Positions 63,014 through 64,000 of a stretch of 64,000 nt of DNA are shown here, one piece after another. The DNA lies in assembly GCA_041650895.1 (NCBI GenBank), contig JBAZKF010000001.1:145685-209684 (forward strand), given 5' to 3'. Position 1 is the stretch's first letter. Every line of letters starts with the position of its first letter. The notes under the pieces were generated by a model, which saw only the letters and a program-made list of their open reading frames with translations, was not told the origin of the DNA and ran no database searches. The stretch is from Patescibacteria group bacterium. GTDB lineage: Bacteria; Patescibacteriota; Patescibacteriia; 2-01-FULL-39-33. The position numbers and the translations under genes are program-made.

Positions 63014-64000
63014 TGCATTTTTTTCAATAAATCAACGGTTTGATCCACTGTCTGCCGCCAAGAAAAATCTTTCAGCTTGACTGTTGCCGCTTCGGTCAGC
63101 TTTTGAGCCAAAGGACGGTCAGTCAATAGTCGGAAAATCGCTTCAATTAATTGTTTTTGATTATTGTAGTTTACCAGCAAGCCGTTCTGGCCGTCTGTAA
63201 TAACCTCGGGATTGCCGCCGACGTCAGTGGCGATTACCGGCGCCCCGGCTTTTATGGCTTCCAATAATGTATGGGACAGGCCTTCATAATTGGTGTTTAA
63301 AACAAAAACATCGGCGTGACTGAAATATTCCAAAACTTTTTCATGCGGTACGCGATCAAGAAACTTTATTTGCTCGGCCAGTTTCAAAGACTGAGCCAGG
63401 TTCTGCAGATTCTCTAACTCCGGACCATCGCCCAAAACGATCAAATAGGCCCGACCCAAACGCTTGATGATTTCCGGCATCGCCCGGATTAATTGATCCA
63501 CGCCCTTCCATTTGGTTAACCGGCAAGCCGTCATAATTATGGAACCGTCGTTAGGCAGATTAATGGGGGCTGATTTATTAACGCTAACCTCATCGCCAAA
63601 ATCAATCGCATTATATATGACATTTATTTTGGCTAAGTCAACGCCGATCAGCTTGGCCAAATCGCCCATAAAATTGCTGACGGCAATAATCGCATCGGCT
63701 TCCAATAATATCCGGCGGCGACGCGCTTTCATTCTTTCAATTTGTTGATTATAAATATTCTTTTCAAAGTCGGTGATGTAATCGGTTGTCCAGCCGTTAG
63801 CGGTGGCTGTTTCCCAGGCGGCATCGCCGGCAAACCTGACTAAATATTTTTTCTTGGTTATTTTTTTTATCAAATTGGCAAACCAGCCGACACTGTAGAT
63901 ATCGGTTACATAAATCAGGTCGGCGTTAAAAGACAGGAAAAGCATAGCCAAAAAATAATGCAACCGACTGAAAACTTTATTTTTTGCCACTCGATAAACG
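63010..64000 (-). CDS. Glycosyltransferase family 4 (5' end probably beyond the right window edge)
   Basis: The track starts it at GTG 63990, but the frame stays open to position 64000 and the N-terminal Rossmann half looks about 70 aa short. C-terminal NYEGLSHTLLEAIKAGAPVIATDVGGNPEVITDGQNGLLV (EX7E). It has an ATGA overlap with rS10. Confidence 0.75.
   Translation of the reverse strand, partial: VYRVAKNKVFSRLHYFLAMLFLSFNADLIYVTDIYSVGWFANLIKKITKKKYLVRFAGDAAWETATANGWTTDYITDFEKNIYNQQIERMKARRRRILLEADAIIAVSNFMGDLAKLIGVDLAKINVIYNAIDFGDEVSVNKSAPINLPNDGSIIMTACRLTKWKGVDQLIRAMPEIIKRLGRAYLIVLGDGPELENLQNLAQSLKLAEQIKFLDRVPHEKVLEYFSHADVFVLNTNYEGLSHTLLEAIKAGAPVIATDVGGNPEVITDGQNGLLVNYNNQKQLIEAIFRLLTDRPLAQKLTEAATVKLKDFSWRQTVDQTVDLLKKMQ

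Noticed and set aside
27833-64000. Interpretation of the rSAM cluster as a RiPP (polytheonamide-like) pathway with many class B methyltransferases
   Set aside because: The track and the few intergenic gaps contain no small precursor-peptide ORF, leader peptidase, RiPP recognition element protein, ABC exporter or lanthipeptide/cyclodehydratase-type partner. Every non-rSAM gene is glycan- or membrane-related. A precursor encoded elsewhere cannot be excluded.
1-64000. CRISPR arrays, transposases, integrases, prophage or toxin-antitoxin/defence cassettes
   Set aside because: I found no spaced direct repeats, no recognisable recombinase, transposase or Cas motifs in any ORF translation, and no inverted terminal repeats. 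The only repeats are short regulatory-scale elements.

Overview
This 64-kb window looks like it comes from a small-genome, uncultivated bacterium. A Patescibacteria/CPR-like origin is inferred only from gene content and compact organisation, and no taxonomic marker was searched. There are no rRNA genes, CRISPR arrays, transposases or integrases. Positions 1-19.2 kb are mostly housekeeping genes. They include a 3'-partial DEAH-box helicase on the minus strand that the ORF track misses, murA, a PEGA-domain protein, a dCMP deaminase, an atypical receiver domain and a HIT protein. They also include tatD, cvpA, metG, rsmI, a LutA/LutB-like Fe-S pair, a CcdA/DsbD-type thiol-disulfide transporter fusion, a ZIP transporter, tRNA-Val(CAC), tRNA-Ala(CGC) and a SIMPL protein. 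From 19.3 kb to the right edge (more than 44 kb) the window is one very large cell-envelope glycan locus. It contains a priming phosphoglycosyltransferase, a Wzx-type flippase, GtrA, a UXS-like SDR, 6 GT2, 6 GT4, 1 GT9 and 3-4 GT-C-like polytopic membrane proteins. It also contains 4 class I methyltransferase domains, 2 NodB deacetylases and a FemAB-like acyltransferase. Most strikingly, it holds twelve radical SAM enzymes, ten of which are paralogues with an N-terminal cobalamin-binding domain (class B). Twenty-six of these genes form one co-directional, tightly coupled minus-strand array (29255 to beyond 64000). Three are unusual fusions: GT-C membrane domain + SPASM radical SAM, B12-radical SAM + class I methyltransferase, and GT4 + polytopic membrane domain. 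I regard this radical-SAM-saturated glycan or glycolipid tailoring locus as the candidate undescribed system. Its substrate and chemistry cannot be read from the sequence. Smaller observations include a near-identical 40-nt consensus promoter module with a DnaA-box-like element at two sites. An orphan, separately transcribed hypothetical gene and several operator-like repeats were also seen.
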